From Spirochaetales bacterium (GTDB taxonomy: Bacteria; Spirochaetota; Spirochaetia; DSM-27196; SLST01), in contig DAOWMR010000001.1 of assembly GCA_030642995.1 (NCBI GenBank), forward strand, positions 1 through 34,052: 34,052 nucleotides of DNA, read 5' to 3'. Position numbers and translations under genes: made by a program. Under the pieces are notes generated by a model. It did not search any database and was not told the DNA's origin. It saw only the letters and a program-made list of their open reading frames with translations. The number at the start of each line of letters is the position of its first letter. Position 1 is the stretch's first letter. Shown in pieces: positions 16,125 through 25,651 of the stretch.

Positions 16125-16142
16125 TCCATCTCCTCATCGAAT

Positions 16143-16171
16143 TCTGACACGATTCTCACATACGTCTCACC
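16143..16171 (+). promoter_or_regulatory. putative Pho box array: three 7-bp direct repeats at 11-bp phasing
   Basis: TCTGACA (16143), TCTCACA (16154) and TCTCACC (16165) are each separated by 4 nt. The array lies 52 nt upstream of the pstS ATG. A weak -10-like GATCAT starts 10 nt downstream of the last repeat. Confidence 0.5.
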
Positions 16172-16222
16172 GTGCCTCCCGATCATCTGGCCAACGTACA
16201 ACTACGTACCGAGGGAGGAACG

Positions 16223-17227
16223 ATGAACAAAGTAGTACTTCTACTGATGATGAGCTTGGTAACCATTGGTTTTGTCGTGGCCGGGGCAGCAGGCGAGGCT
16301 GAGCAGGTCGACGAAACAGGCTTGGCATGGATTCTTGACGAGAGCGATGACGACATCCTGCCGGGCATAAATCCGCTTGAGGTGTCCGGAGACATCATCG
16401 TTGCCGGCAGTTCCACGGTCTTTCCAATGGCAGAAGAGGTTATCGCGCGCTGGTACGACGAGGGATACTCCAATCAGTACTCGACCACGTACACCTCAAT
16501 CGGCTCAGGTGCCGGTTTCGAGCGGTTTGGCAACGGCGAGAGTGATATCTCGGGCGCCAGCAGACCGATCAAGGACTCTGAAGCGGAGAAGGCGCGCAGC
16601 ATCGGCCTTGAACCGCTCGAGTTCACCGTTGCGACCGACGCGGTCGCAGTGGTTGTCAACCCGGAGAACACGTGGGCTACGGAAATGACCATCGGGGAAC
16701 TCGCTTTGGCCTTCTCCGTTGCGGAGACGTGGGCGGAAGTCCGCGCCGGCTGGCCGCAAGTTGAGATTATCCGTTACAGTCCCGGCACCGACAGCGGGAC
16801 GTTCGACTACTTCGTTGAAGAAGTGTTTGACAAAGACGAAGAGCCAATCCTGACGGCCCCCAGGGTTCAGTTCTCAGAGGACGACAACGTGCTCGTGCAG
16901 GGCGTTGAAGGAGACAAGGGAGCGATCGGCTATTTCGGGTTTGCTTACTACGTTGAAGAGAGTGATCGTCTGAGCGGCGTCGCCGTCGAAGGGGTCACCC
17001 CGAACGCCCGGACTGTCGACGCCGGCGAGTACCCGCTCGCGCGTCCGTTGTTTCTCTACAGCGATAGCGGAATCATGCGGAGCAAGCCACAGGTTGCCGC
17101 GTTCATCGCCTTTTTCCTCACCTACGCGGAAGAAGAGGCGGCTGATGTCGGCTACTTCCCGGCAGCACCCGAAAGAATCAGGGCGGCCAAAGAGCAGTGG
17201 CTCGAGGTCATGGACGGTCTCTACTAG
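16223..17227 (+). CDS. pstS: phosphate ABC transporter substrate-binding protein
   Basis: The ATG at 16223 follows a GAGGGAGG SD and the protein has a signal or anchor sequence. PstS-family motifs are GSSTVFPM, GSGAGF, PGTDSGT and YPLARPLF. Confidence 0.9.
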   Translation: MNKVVLLLMMSLVTIGFVVAGAAGEAEQVDETGLAWILDESDDDILPGINPLEVSGDIIVAGSSTVFPMAEEVIARWYDEGYSNQYSTTYTSIGSGAGFERFGNGESDISGASRPIKDSEAEKARSIGLEPLEFTVATDAVAVVVNPENTWATEMTIGELALAFSVAETWAEVRAGWPQVEIIRYSPGTDSGTFDYFVEEVFDKDEEPILTAPRVQFSEDDNVLVQGVEGDKGAIGYFGFAYYVEESDRLSGVAVEGVTPNARTVDAGEYPLARPLFLYSDSGIMRSKPQVAAFIAFFLTYAEEEAADVGYFPAAPERIRAAKEQWLEVMDGLY

Positions 17228-17255
17228 ACCGGCACACATCAATCTCTGTTACCGG

Positions 17256-17284
17256 CACGAGAAGCGGCGTTGCCGCTTCTCGTG
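17256..17284 (+). terminator. strong hairpin between pstS and pstC; intra-operon attenuator or mRNA stabiliser
   Basis: CACGAGAAGCGGC-gtt-GCCGCTTCTCGTG is a perfect 13 bp stem, followed by TTGTG. It lies in the 70 nt pstS-pstC spacer. Confidence 0.6.
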
Positions 17285-17297
17285 TTGTGAGAAGTGA

Positions 17298-18212
17298 ATG
17301 AGCACACAAGACGTTGATTTCGCGCACAAGCGCAAGCCGCACGAGGAGATCATTCGGATTCTTCTGTTCGGGTTTGCCGCGGTTTCCATCCTGACCACGG
17401 TGGGGATCGTCATAATCCTGGGATGGCAATCCTGGCTCTTCCTCGGAGATCCCCGCGTAACACTGCGGGAACTATTTGGAACGACCCGGTGGCAGCCGCG
17501 AATTGAGCAATTCGGGGTGTGGCCGCTGCTCACATCCACTTTGATGACAAGCACAATTGCGATGCTCGTCGCCGGGCCTCTTGGACTGTTCGTTGCGATC
17601 TACCTGAGCGAATATGCATCACAACGAGTTCGCTCGTTTCTCAAGCCGATTCTGGAAGTCCTGGCCGGGATCCCGACCGTGGTATACGGCTACTTCGCAC
17701 TGACATTCATGACTCCGCTCCTTCGAGCGATACTCGGAAGCGATCTTGTCGAGATCTACAACACCGCATCGGCAGGAATTGTCATGGGTATTCTGATCCT
17801 CCCAATGGTATCTTCGCTTGCGGAAGATGCGCTCAGCGGGGTCCCAAGTTCGCTCCGCCACGCGGCGTTTGGTCTCGGCGCCACCAAGATGGAGACTGCG
17901 ATGCGAGTCACGGTCCCGGCCGCCATCTCCGGGCTGGCTGCGGCATTCATCTTGGGTCTTTCTCGCGCGGTAGGCGAGACAATGATTGTGGCTCTCGCGG
18001 CAGGCGCCGGGCCGAATTTCACATTCAATCCATTCAAGGCCGCCGAAACCATCACCGGCCATATTGTCCGTATCAGCGGTGGGGACATCGCCTACGATAC
18101 GATTGACTACAACAGTATTTTTGCGCTTGGGTTGCTGCTCTTCTTCATCACCCTGACTCTGAACGTGATCAGCCAGCGCATCGTGACGAAGTTCCGAGAG
18201 GTGTACGAATGA
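17298..18212 (+). CDS. pstC: phosphate ABC transporter permease PstC
   Basis: This is a six-TM permease. The EAA-like loop is SLAEDALSGVPSSLRHAAFGLGATKMET. It sits in operon position after pstS. Confidence 0.9.
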   Translation: MSTQDVDFAHKRKPHEEIIRILLFGFAAVSILTTVGIVIILGWQSWLFLGDPRVTLRELFGTTRWQPRIEQFGVWPLLTSTLMTSTIAMLVAGPLGLFVAIYLSEYASQRVRSFLKPILEVLAGIPTVVYGYFALTFMTPLLRAILGSDLVEIYNTASAGIVMGILILPMVSSLAEDALSGVPSSLRHAAFGLGATKMETAMRVTVPAAISGLAAAFILGLSRAVGETMIVALAAGAGPNFTFNPFKAAETITGHIVRISGGDIAYDTIDYNSIFALGLLLFFITLTLNVISQRIVTKFREVYE

Positions 18213-19495
18213 GTTTGCTTCCTATCACTCAGGGTGCGGAGGCCACCGAGGAGTTCGGCGGCGTGGATGCCACGCGAAGGAACATCAGCCGACGCCGGCG
18301 GATAAGTGTGGTCTGGAAGATGACGTTCTATCTGGCAACAGCCATTGCCGTTTCCGCGTTGGTCGTTCTCCTGCTGACTATCATCAATGGCGCGTTTGGC
18401 TTCGTTGCCGTAAAGAACTCGATTGACCCGGTGTTGTTGACCGGGCCCGATCGTTCAATGAACGACCTGAGCGATGCTGAACTCATCACGATTATCGAAG
18501 AGAATCTCTCGTCGGGACTTGTTCGCAGATACAACTCAGAGAAGCCTTTGACGGACCGCAACTCGGCAGATCTGGTTGCCATCGTTCGGGAACGCGTCGT
18601 GGCGCCCGAGATCATTGAGAGCTGGAATCTCGCGGCATCTCTCTTCCAGCCCGGCGTGATCCAAAAGTACGTTGATCAGGAAGCGCCTTCCGGAACGACA
18701 CTGGAATTTCGGGTGTGGCTCACCCCCCAATTCCTGGTCCGTCCGCAGAGTCCCGACGCACAGTTTGCCGGCGTACGCACGGCGGTTCTCGGATCAATCT
18801 GGCTGATTCTCATCACGGCCGTCGTCGCGTTTCCGCTGGGTGTGGGCGCTGCGATCTATCTCGAGGAATACGCCGAGGACAACTGGATCAATCGGATTAT
18901 CCAGGTCAATATCTCCAACCTCGCCGGCGTCCCGTCGATCATCTACGGCCTGTTGGGTCTGGCGGTGTTCGTCAGGTTCTTCGGCCCCGTCACGAGCGGA
19001 GCCTTCATCGGCGTAACGACAACGACGGACGCTACCGGCAGAACCGTTCTGTCCGCCGGACTCACGCTCGCGTTACTCGTTCTGCCAATCATCATTATCA
19101 GCGCCCAGGAGGCCATACGGGCAGTTCCGCAATCCATGAGGGACTCTTCATACGGGCTCGGCGCCACCAAGTGGCAGACAATCCGGCACCACGTGCTTCC
19201 CAACTCTCTCGACCGCATTCTTACCGGTACGATCCTGGCGGTATCGCGAGCGGTTGGAGAAACAGCGCCCATCATGCTTGTCGGCGCATCCACAGTGATC
19301 CTTACCGATCCAAAGGGCCTCTTTTCTCAGTTCACCGCCTTGCCGATCCAGATCTGGCAGTGGACCGCACGACCTCAGACCGAATTCCGGAACGTTGCCG
19401 CGGCAGCGATCCTGGTGCTGCTGGTACTGCTTCTCTCCATGAATGCATTCGCCATTGTATCGCGAGACCGAATTCGAAAGAGGAGACTGCTCTGA
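18209..19495 (+). CDS. pstA: phosphate ABC transporter permease PstA (long form with an N-terminal extra-membrane domain)
   Basis: The start overlaps the pstC stop as ATGA. Motifs are [25 protein letters not shown] and AVGETAP. Confidence 0.9.
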   Translation: MSLLPITQGAEATEEFGGVDATRRNISRRRRISVVWKMTFYLATAIAVSALVVLLLTIINGAFGFVAVKNSIDPVLLTGPDRSMNDLSDAELITIIEENLSSGLVRRYNSEKPLTDRNSADLVAIVRERVVAPEIIESWNLAASLFQPGVIQKYVDQEAPSGTTLEFRVWLTPQFLVRPQSPDAQFAGVRTAVLGSIWLILITAVVAFPLGVGAAIYLEEYAEDNWINRIIQVNISNLAGVPSIIYGLLGLAVFVRFFGPVTSGAFIGVTTTTDATGRTVLSAGLTLALLVLPIIIISAQEAIRAVPQSMRDSSYGLGATKWQTIRHHVLPNSLDRILTGTILAVSRAVGETAPIMLVGASTVILTDPKGLFSQFTALPIQIWQWTARPQTEFRNVAAAAILVLLVLLLSMNAFAIVSRDRIRKRRLL

Positions 19496-19496
19496 C

Positions 19497-20279
19497 GTGA
19501 GTAACGAACCGACATCCACTCCGATCATCGAGATCCGCAACCTCAGTTTCTGCTACGGCGACTTCCAGGCCCTTGAGAATGTGAATATGAGCTTCGTGAA
19601 GAATGAGGTCACTGCGTTGATCGGCCCCTCCGGTTGCGGCAAGAGTACCGTATTGCGCACAATTGACAGAATGAACGAACTCATCCCGGAGACACGCACG
19701 GAGGGTGAGGTCCTGTTCCACGGCAAGAACATCTACGACGACGACGTGGACCCGGTGGAAATTCGGCGTCGGATCGGCATTGTGTTTCAGAAACCAAATC
19801 CGTTTCCCAAATCGATCCACGATAATATCACCTGGGGCGCCCGGATAAACGGATATCGGGGTGACATGGACGAATTGGTAGAGATCTCGCTCAAACGAAC
19901 CGCGTTGTGGGACGAAGTCAAGGACAAGCTCAAACAGAACGCACTCAGGCTCTCGGGCGGGCAGCAGCAACGACTCTGCATTGCCCGCACGCTCGCCGTG
20001 CAACCGGAGATCATTCTGATGGACGAGCCCGCGTCGGCCCTGGATCCGATATCAACGTCGAAGATAGAAGATCTCATCTACGAACTGAAGCAGCGTTACA
20101 CGATTATCATCGTCACGCACAACATGCAGCAGGCCGGACGTGTTTCGGACAAGACCGCCTTTTTCATGGTCAATGATGCGCGATCGGGGTACCTGGTAGA
20201 GTGGGGGTCCACAGAGGAGATCTTCTTCAGCCCCAGAGATCCCAAGACAGAGGCATACATATCGGGTAGATTCGGGTAG
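19497..20279 (+). CDS. pstB: phosphate ABC transporter ATP-binding protein
   Basis: The GTG at 19497 lies 1 nt after the pstA stop, with an AGGAG SD 11 nt upstream. Walker A is GPSGCGKST, the signature is LSGGQQQR and Walker B is ILMDEP. Confidence 0.95.
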   Translation: MSNEPTSTPIIEIRNLSFCYGDFQALENVNMSFVKNEVTALIGPSGCGKSTVLRTIDRMNELIPETRTEGEVLFHGKNIYDDDVDPVEIRRRIGIVFQKPNPFPKSIHDNITWGARINGYRGDMDELVEISLKRTALWDEVKDKLKQNALRLSGGQQQRLCIARTLAVQPEIILMDEPASALDPISTSKIEDLIYELKQRYTIIIVTHNMQQAGRVSDKTAFFMVNDARSGYLVEWGSTEEIFFSPRDPKTEAYISGRFG

Positions 20280-20294
20280 GAGACGGGAAACGCT

Positions 20295-20954
20295 ATGAAA
20301 CCACGAATGCACTTGAACGACGACCTCACCGAGCTTTACGACCGAATACTGCGGATCGGATCTCTCGTCGAAGACGCGTTGCGAAAGTCGGTTGTGGCCC
20401 TGTCCACCGACGACGAGGAACTGGCACGCGAGGTAGTCATCGGCGACCTCGAAATCGATCGGCTTCGCAACGATCTCGAGGACTTTGCAACGAAAGTCAT
20501 CGCCCTCGAACAGCCCGTCGCTACTGATCTCCGAGAACTGATCACCTCCACCAAGATCGCGGGAGAGCTTGAACGCATCGGTGACCATGCCCGGCACATT
20601 GCACGGCTCGTCAACAAACTGCCCCAGCCGGTCATGAATATCGCGCTACCCACCATAGAGCGGATGTCCGTAATAGGTATCGGAATGGTCCACGACTCCC
20701 TGACGGCCTTCGTGGAAGAGGACGAACTGAAGGCGCGGGAGGTGGCAAAACAGGACGACAAGATGGACGAGGAGCATCGTGCACTCTATCGGCAACTGGT
20801 TGACTTGATGCGGGATCATCCGGAGTGGATCGCACATGGGGTTGATCTTCTGTTCCTGAACCGCTTTCTTGAGCGGCTCGGAGATCACGTGACGAACATG
20901 TGCGAGTGTGTAATCTTTGGGAAATCGGGCGAACACGTTGAGCTCAACAAGTAG
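20295..20954 (+). CDS. phoU: phosphate signalling complex protein PhoU
   Basis: The 219 aa product has two PhoU repeats containing E/DxxxD motifs (ELERIGDHARHI and LERLGDHVTNM). Confidence 0.95.
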   Translation: MKPRMHLNDDLTELYDRILRIGSLVEDALRKSVVALSTDDEELAREVVIGDLEIDRLRNDLEDFATKVIALEQPVATDLRELITSTKIAGELERIGDHARHIARLVNKLPQPVMNIALPTIERMSVIGIGMVHDSLTAFVEEDELKAREVAKQDDKMDEEHRALYRQLVDLMRDHPEWIAHGVDLLFLNRFLERLGDHVTNMCECVIFGKSGEHVELNK

Positions 20955-20961
20955 GAGCATA

Positions 20962-21654
20962 ATGGCGAAAGAAAAGATCCTCATTGTCGATGACGAGCGG
21001 GATATTCTCGAGTTGATCACCTACAACCTGGAGCGTGAGGGCTACCGGGTAGAGAGCGTGACGAGCGGTGAGGAGGCCCTGATTCGCGCGATGAAATTCT
21101 TGCCGGACCTCATTGTGCTGGATCTCATGCTCCCCGGGCTGGACGGGATAGAAGTCTGCAGGCGGCTCAAGCGAAACGATGACACAAAACAGATTCCCGT
21201 CCTCATGTTGACGGCCAAATCCGAGGACTCCGATATCGTGACCGGCCTTGAAATCGGAGCAGACGACTATGTGACCAAGCCGTTCAGTCCCAAGGTGTTG
21301 ATTGCGCGGATCCGAACGGCTCTCCGGCGAAGCTCGGAGGATGGGGGCGAACCTGTCGATGCTCAACTTGCGGTTCACGACATAGTCATTGATCTCTCGC
21401 GCCACGAAGTGCTCGTTGGCGGCCGGCACGTAACCCTCAGTGCCACCGAGTTCGCAATTCTGGAGTTTCTCGCCCGACATCCGGGCTGGGTATTCTCTCG
21501 AAGCCGCATAATTGACGGCGTGAAGGGCAAGGACTACCCGGTCACCGAACGGTCGGTAGACGTCCAGATTCTGGGATTGCGGAAGAAGCTCGGCACACGG
21601 AGCAGGTACATAGAAACTGTTCGAGGTGTCGGATACCGACTACGGGCCGAGTAA
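20962..21654 (+). CDS. phoB: OmpR/PhoB-family response regulator
   Basis: The ATG at 20962 follows an AGGAG SD. The REC domain has ILIVDDE, LIVLDLMLPG and YVTKPF. The winged-helix C-terminus is TVRGVGYRL. Confidence 0.9.
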   Translation: MAKEKILIVDDERDILELITYNLEREGYRVESVTSGEEALIRAMKFLPDLIVLDLMLPGLDGIEVCRRLKRNDDTKQIPVLMLTAKSEDSDIVTGLEIGADDYVTKPFSPKVLIARIRTALRRSSEDGGEPVDAQLAVHDIVIDLSRHEVLVGGRHVTLSATEFAILEFLARHPGWVFSRSRIIDGVKGKDYPVTERSVDVQILGLRKKLGTRSRYIETVRGVGYRLRAE

Positions 21655-21655
21655 C

Positions 21656-22999
21656 ATGCGCAAAACTCTCATCGGCAGATCTCTCCTTGGTTGCATCGCA
21701 GTGTTCGCGAGCGCGCTCGCGCTCATGATACTCGTAGCCACCATCGCGATGCGTGCGGCGCCTTCTCCGGACGACCGTCTCCGCGCGGTCGTTCTGATGA
21801 TCGCAGTAGCTGGTGTCGCGCTTATTGCCTGCGTTGGATTCGTCCTGCGGCGATACGGCAGGCTTGTGAACGAACCAGTTGAGCTGATCAGGCCGGCGCC
21901 CGAACTCCACGGAGAACTCGCAACGACAAATACCCAGAGAAACCAGTTGGAAACGGTCCTTTCGAGCATGGTGGAAGGGGTCATTGTCCTCGACGGCACA
22001 CGCCGAATCGTGAGCATAAACGAAGCGGCTGCGGATCTCCTTGGCGTCTCACCTGATGAAGGCTCAGGGAAGTCGCTGCTGCAGTACGTCCGAAACGCTG
22101 AATTCGATGAGTTGGCTGAAGCTGCGGCCACAAACCGCGGGCCTGTGGAACGGACAATCACCCTGTACAGGGAACAGACTATCTACCTGCAGGTTCATGC
22201 GACACGGATACATCCGGACTCGGAGAGCCTTCCGGGGGGAATTCTTCTTGTCATGAACAATATATCGAGGATCAAACAGCTCGAGATGGTTCGCACAGAC
22301 TTCGTTGCAAATGTGAGCCACGAACTGAAAACACCGGTTACGTCCATAAAGGGTTTCGTGGAGACCCTTCTCGATGATCCATTCATCAGCCCGGAGCAAT
22401 CCGAACGTTTCCTCAACATCGTCCTGAAACACACGAATCGGTTGAACAATATACTTGAGGATCTGCTGAGCCTGTCACGCCTGGAGCAACCGGATCAGGA
22501 GATAGAGTTCTCACGGTGCTCGAGCGAAGAAATCATCGATACTGCCCTTGAAATCTGCAAGTCCAAAGCGACGGCCAAGGAAATGGAGATTAGTCGAAAA
22601 TTCCGCGGGCCGACGACAATCCGGGCGAATCCGAGCCTGCTCGAACAGGCGGTCCTGAACCTTGTCGACAACGCCATCAAGTACTCGAACAACGGCAGCG
22701 AGGTAGCAATAACGGTGACCAACGGATCCGGAGTTTTGTTGATTTCGGTGGAAGACCATGGACAGGGCATTCGGAACCAGAATCTTCCGCGGGTTTTTGA
22801 ACGATTCTACCGCACCGACAAGGCGCGGAGCAGGGAACTCGGTGGAACCGGTCTTGGGCTGGCGATCGTGAAGCATATTGCGCGGTTGCACCGTGGCGAC
22901 GTCAGCGTGGAAAGCACGCTCGGACAGGGCAGCACCTTCACGATCTCATTGCCGCAGGCGAATCTGGAAGAGGATCACGCCGGCGACAACCCCGGATGA
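21656..22999 (+). CDS. phoR: PhoR-like sensor histidine kinase (2 TM, PAS, HisKA, HATPase)
   Basis: The ATG at 21656 lies 1 nt after the phoB stop. The H-box is VANVSHELKTP, the N box is DNAIKYS and the G boxes are DHGQGI and GGTGLGLAIVK. Confidence 0.85.
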   Translation: MRKTLIGRSLLGCIAVFASALALMILVATIAMRAAPSPDDRLRAVVLMIAVAGVALIACVGFVLRRYGRLVNEPVELIRPAPELHGELATTNTQRNQLETVLSSMVEGVIVLDGTRRIVSINEAAADLLGVSPDEGSGKSLLQYVRNAEFDELAEAAATNRGPVERTITLYREQTIYLQVHATRIHPDSESLPGGILLVMNNISRIKQLEMVRTDFVANVSHELKTPVTSIKGFVETLLDDPFISPEQSERFLNIVLKHTNRLNNILEDLLSLSRLEQPDQEIEFSRCSSEEIIDTALEICKSKATAKEMEISRKFRGPTTIRANPSLLEQAVLNLVDNAIKYSNNGSEVAITVTNGSGVLLISVEDHGQGIRNQNLPRVFERFYRTDKARSRELGGTGLGLAIVKHIARLHRGDVSVESTLGQGSTFTISLPQANLEEDHAGDNPG

Positions 23000-23005
23000 C
23001 TCCGT

Positions 23006-24043
23006 CTACTTCCCGCGGCCGGCCTTCCAAAGCGCATAGGCATTCGGCAGTTGCTCCTCGGTCTCAATTCTCCCGCCACCAAGTGTTCGCGCCCGCGAAA
23101 GGGACGCCCCCATACGGTGGAGCCACTGCTCGCGTGATTCGCCGTCCGTAAAAACGGCTACCCCGAATGAGAATGTCACCAATCCGACAAAACCGGGAGA
23201 TCGAGAGACCAGTCCATTGGCCACCCCGGCGAATCTGCCGGCCACCTTTTCACCCAACAGGAGATCAGTACCGGGCAGTACGACGAGGATCTCCTCTTTG
23301 CCGTAGTGCCCGGAAAGGTCGTACTTCCGCAAACCGCGCTGGAATCCCCGTCCCAATTGCCCCATCAGTCGATTCATCGCCTCAACGCCATGCGTCTGTT
23401 GAAGTTCGCCGCCCTGATCTACATACGCCATGAATCCCGACAACGTGTTCAGCGACCGAACAGCGCGCTCAATTTCCGTATCCACCTCTTCCAGGAGCAC
23501 CGGTTCGCGCAGCAATCCGGTTACGGAGTCCGTACGCGATGACTGTTGAGACATCTCAATCTTCTCGCGAAGCGCCAGCGTTTCATCCAACACCTTTGAT
23601 GTAAGCTCCTCTTCCTGCTGCGCCGCGCGGCGATAGTACTCCCGCTCTCCTGAGACCACCTCGTGATCGCTCAACCGTCGAATGGCCGCCTGAACGCGCA
23701 GCTTCAGATCTACCATCGGGGCCGAGGTGATGTAAAAGTCATCGATGAGACCGTTGAGAGCCCGTTCCAGCAGATCCTGATCCACATCGGTGACGGCGAG
23801 TATGATCTGAAACGGTTCACGGCGGTGGATCTTCCGGAGGATGTCGCAGAGATTGAAGCACTCGTCATACTCCAGAGCGTCGGATACGATGGCAATCTGC
23901 GGTTCGGTTTCCGGGATCGATTGTTTCGCCTCTTCGACGGATTGAACGGAGGCAATCTCCACCGGCATGTCAATCAGAGTATTCTCTACTGTGTGTCTCA
24001 ACTCCGCATCCGGAGAGACCAGGAGGATCGAGTATGGTACCAC
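23006..24043 (-). CDS. atypical receiver domain plus degenerate GGDEF domain protein (active site GKEEI, RxxD I-site retained)
   Basis: The GGDEF fold is indicated by DSVTGLL...RKYDLSGHYGKEEILVVLPG...FSFGVAV...RARTLGGGRI. The signature GG(D/E)EF is replaced by GKEEI, while RKYD sits exactly 5 residues upstream. The N-terminal REC-like domain keeps Asp55 but lacks the DD pocket and the conserved Lys. The start is GTG with no SD, so it is uncertain. Confidence 0.75.
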   Translation of the reverse strand: MVPYSILLVSPDAELRHTVENTLIDMPVEIASVQSVEEAKQSIPETEPQIAIVSDALEYDECFNLCDILRKIHRREPFQIILAVTDVDQDLLERALNGLIDDFYITSAPMVDLKLRVQAAIRRLSDHEVVSGEREYYRRAAQQEEELTSKVLDETLALREKIEMSQQSSRTDSVTGLLREPVLLEEVDTEIERAVRSLNTLSGFMAYVDQGGELQQTHGVEAMNRLMGQLGRGFQRGLRKYDLSGHYGKEEILVVLPGTDLLLGEKVAGRFAGVANGLVSRSPGFVGLVTFSFGVAVFTDGESREQWLHRMGASLSRARTLGGGRIETEEQLPNAYALWKAGRGK

Positions 24044-24085
24044 AGTTCTATTGTAGCGGGATTTGTGTCGATTTTCCGGTCGAAA

Positions 24086-25651
24086 TTACGTGAATTGGGA
24101 GACGAGGATCTGAATCCCACCGATGATTGCGCCGAGCAACGCACCGAATAGATTGATCCACTTCAAGTGCTTTGCGATCACCATGAGAAGGAGTTGTTCC
24201 ACGCTTTCGACATCCAGACCATCAATTTTCTGTGCCACCATACCGTAGACGTCGAGCCCATCGATCAGCTCCGGAACTCTGAGTTCCAACTGCTCGCGAA
24301 GCTTGCCGGCAAGAATGGTGTCAATGCGTTGTTTCTGCTCATCAGACAGGACGATCAGTGTTCGGAGAGCGGTGGCCCTGGCGCCGAAAAGATGCGTGGA
24401 TGCAAACCGGGAAACCTGTTCTGTAATACGGGCCGAGGCGTCCGGTCTCTCCATCCAACGATCAACGAGAGCAACGACCCGCTCCTTCAAAACCTCTCCG
24501 TCTATACCCACGGTGTCGCCAATCACCTCTTCCAGAGTGTCGTCTCCCCGACGTCCAAGAAATTCGAGAATTGATCCGGATACACGCTCGTGGACATCCT
24601 CTCGACCAAGCAAATCGACCCCCGCCGAGACTACCCTGTCGGCAAGCTCAAGAAGATCCATGGAGTGTGTTCTCCCGAGAGTGCCCACTCCGGTCTCTCC
24701 CCACCCGGCCAATCTGGACCGAAAGACACCGACGATCTGAGCCATTGTCTCTGGATTTCTTCCGGCCGATTCGAGACTATCAATCACGTCCGACACGATC
24801 GCGGGCATGTTCTCGTCCAGATTCCGATCATACTGTGTTGCTGAGACCAGTAGCCTCTGGAACAGGTTCAATCGCTTGAGGATCTGCTTCATCAGTTCAC
24901 GACCGTGAACGGCAAGTTCCTTTCGCGTTTCAGGCTGCCGCAGGAACGTGACGAGGGAGTTCAGGATCGGATCGTACGACCTGGGAAGCAGATCGGCGAG
25001 CCGTTCAAGCGTCTTCGGCCCAAGGACTTCGTGGAGCGGAGTGTCATCGGCAACGTGGGCGGAAATCCACCTCACCACCGCGGCGCGTATCGCGTCTGCG
25101 CCGAAACCATCGGCGATCGTGTGAAGGGCCCTCCCGACCAGTCGACGGACCGTCTCGTCCCTGGGCACGATCTGATCCAGATTCAGTTTCAAAGCGCCTT
25201 CTATCGCCACAATTACGATTCGACGGGTTGAACTCAGAAATGCATCCGAAGAAAGAAATCCCTCGAGAATGGTGGATACGAGATCCGGAATCTCACCGAA
25301 TGCATCGCCTTCACCCTCGTCACCACTTGGTATCCGATCGAGCATGTCCGTGGTAAACCGGGCGACGCTGGCGGTGAGACTGTCGGCAAATGCCTTTTCA
25401 TTCAGCTTCGATTTGAGGACATCCTCAGTGAAGAGTTTGGTTGAGACCATTGTGGCAATGCTACGCGAGAGGTCGTACCGCTGCCGGGGGATTATTCCGG
25501 GCGTGAACGGAATGCGAACGCCAAAGACACGTTTTTCAGCTAGCGGGCGAAACAGCATACGGATAGCAACATAGTTAGTCACATATCCGATAACGGCGCC
25601 CAACGCCGGGGGAAGAACATACGGAAGCAAACGTATCAAGGTATCGCTCAC
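24086..25651 (-). CDS. DUF445-family membrane-associated protein
   Basis: The N-terminal GYVTNYVAIRMLFRP motif and the C-terminal TM helix (INLFGALLGAIIGGIQILV) are typical of DUF445. The GTG start overlaps the upstream stop as GTGA. Confidence 0.7.
   Translation of the reverse strand: MSDTLIRLLPYVLPPALGAVIGYVTNYVAIRMLFRPLAEKRVFGVRIPFTPGIIPRQRYDLSRSIATMVSTKLFTEDVLKSKLNEKAFADSLTASVARFTTDMLDRIPSGDEGEGDAFGEIPDLVSTILEGFLSSDAFLSSTRRIVIVAIEGALKLNLDQIVPRDETVRRLVGRALHTIADGFGADAIRAAVVRWISAHVADDTPLHEVLGPKTLERLADLLPRSYDPILNSLVTFLRQPETRKELAVHGRELMKQILKRLNLFQRLLVSATQYDRNLDENMPAIVSDVIDSLESAGRNPETMAQIVGVFRSRLAGWGETGVGTLGRTHSMDLLELADRVVSAGVDLLGREDVHERVSGSILEFLGRRGDDTLEEVIGDTVGIDGEVLKERVVALVDRWMERPDASARITEQVSRFASTHLFGARATALRTLIVLSDEQKQRIDTILAGKLREQLELRVPELIDGLDVYGMVAQKIDGLDVESVEQLLLMVIAKHLKWINLFGALLGAIIGGIQILVSQFT

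Noticed and set aside
16321-16340. TTGGCATGGATTCTTGA resembles the -24 half of a sigma-54 promoter.
   Set aside because: It lies inside the pstS coding sequence, and the -12 element (TTGC) is out of register, so the GG-N10-GC spacing is not met.
18715-19500. A 261 aa + strand ORF lies in an alternative frame of pstA.
   Set aside because: Its Arg/Gly/His-rich, out-of-frame translation overlaps the clear PstA permease frame, and nothing supports a nested gene.
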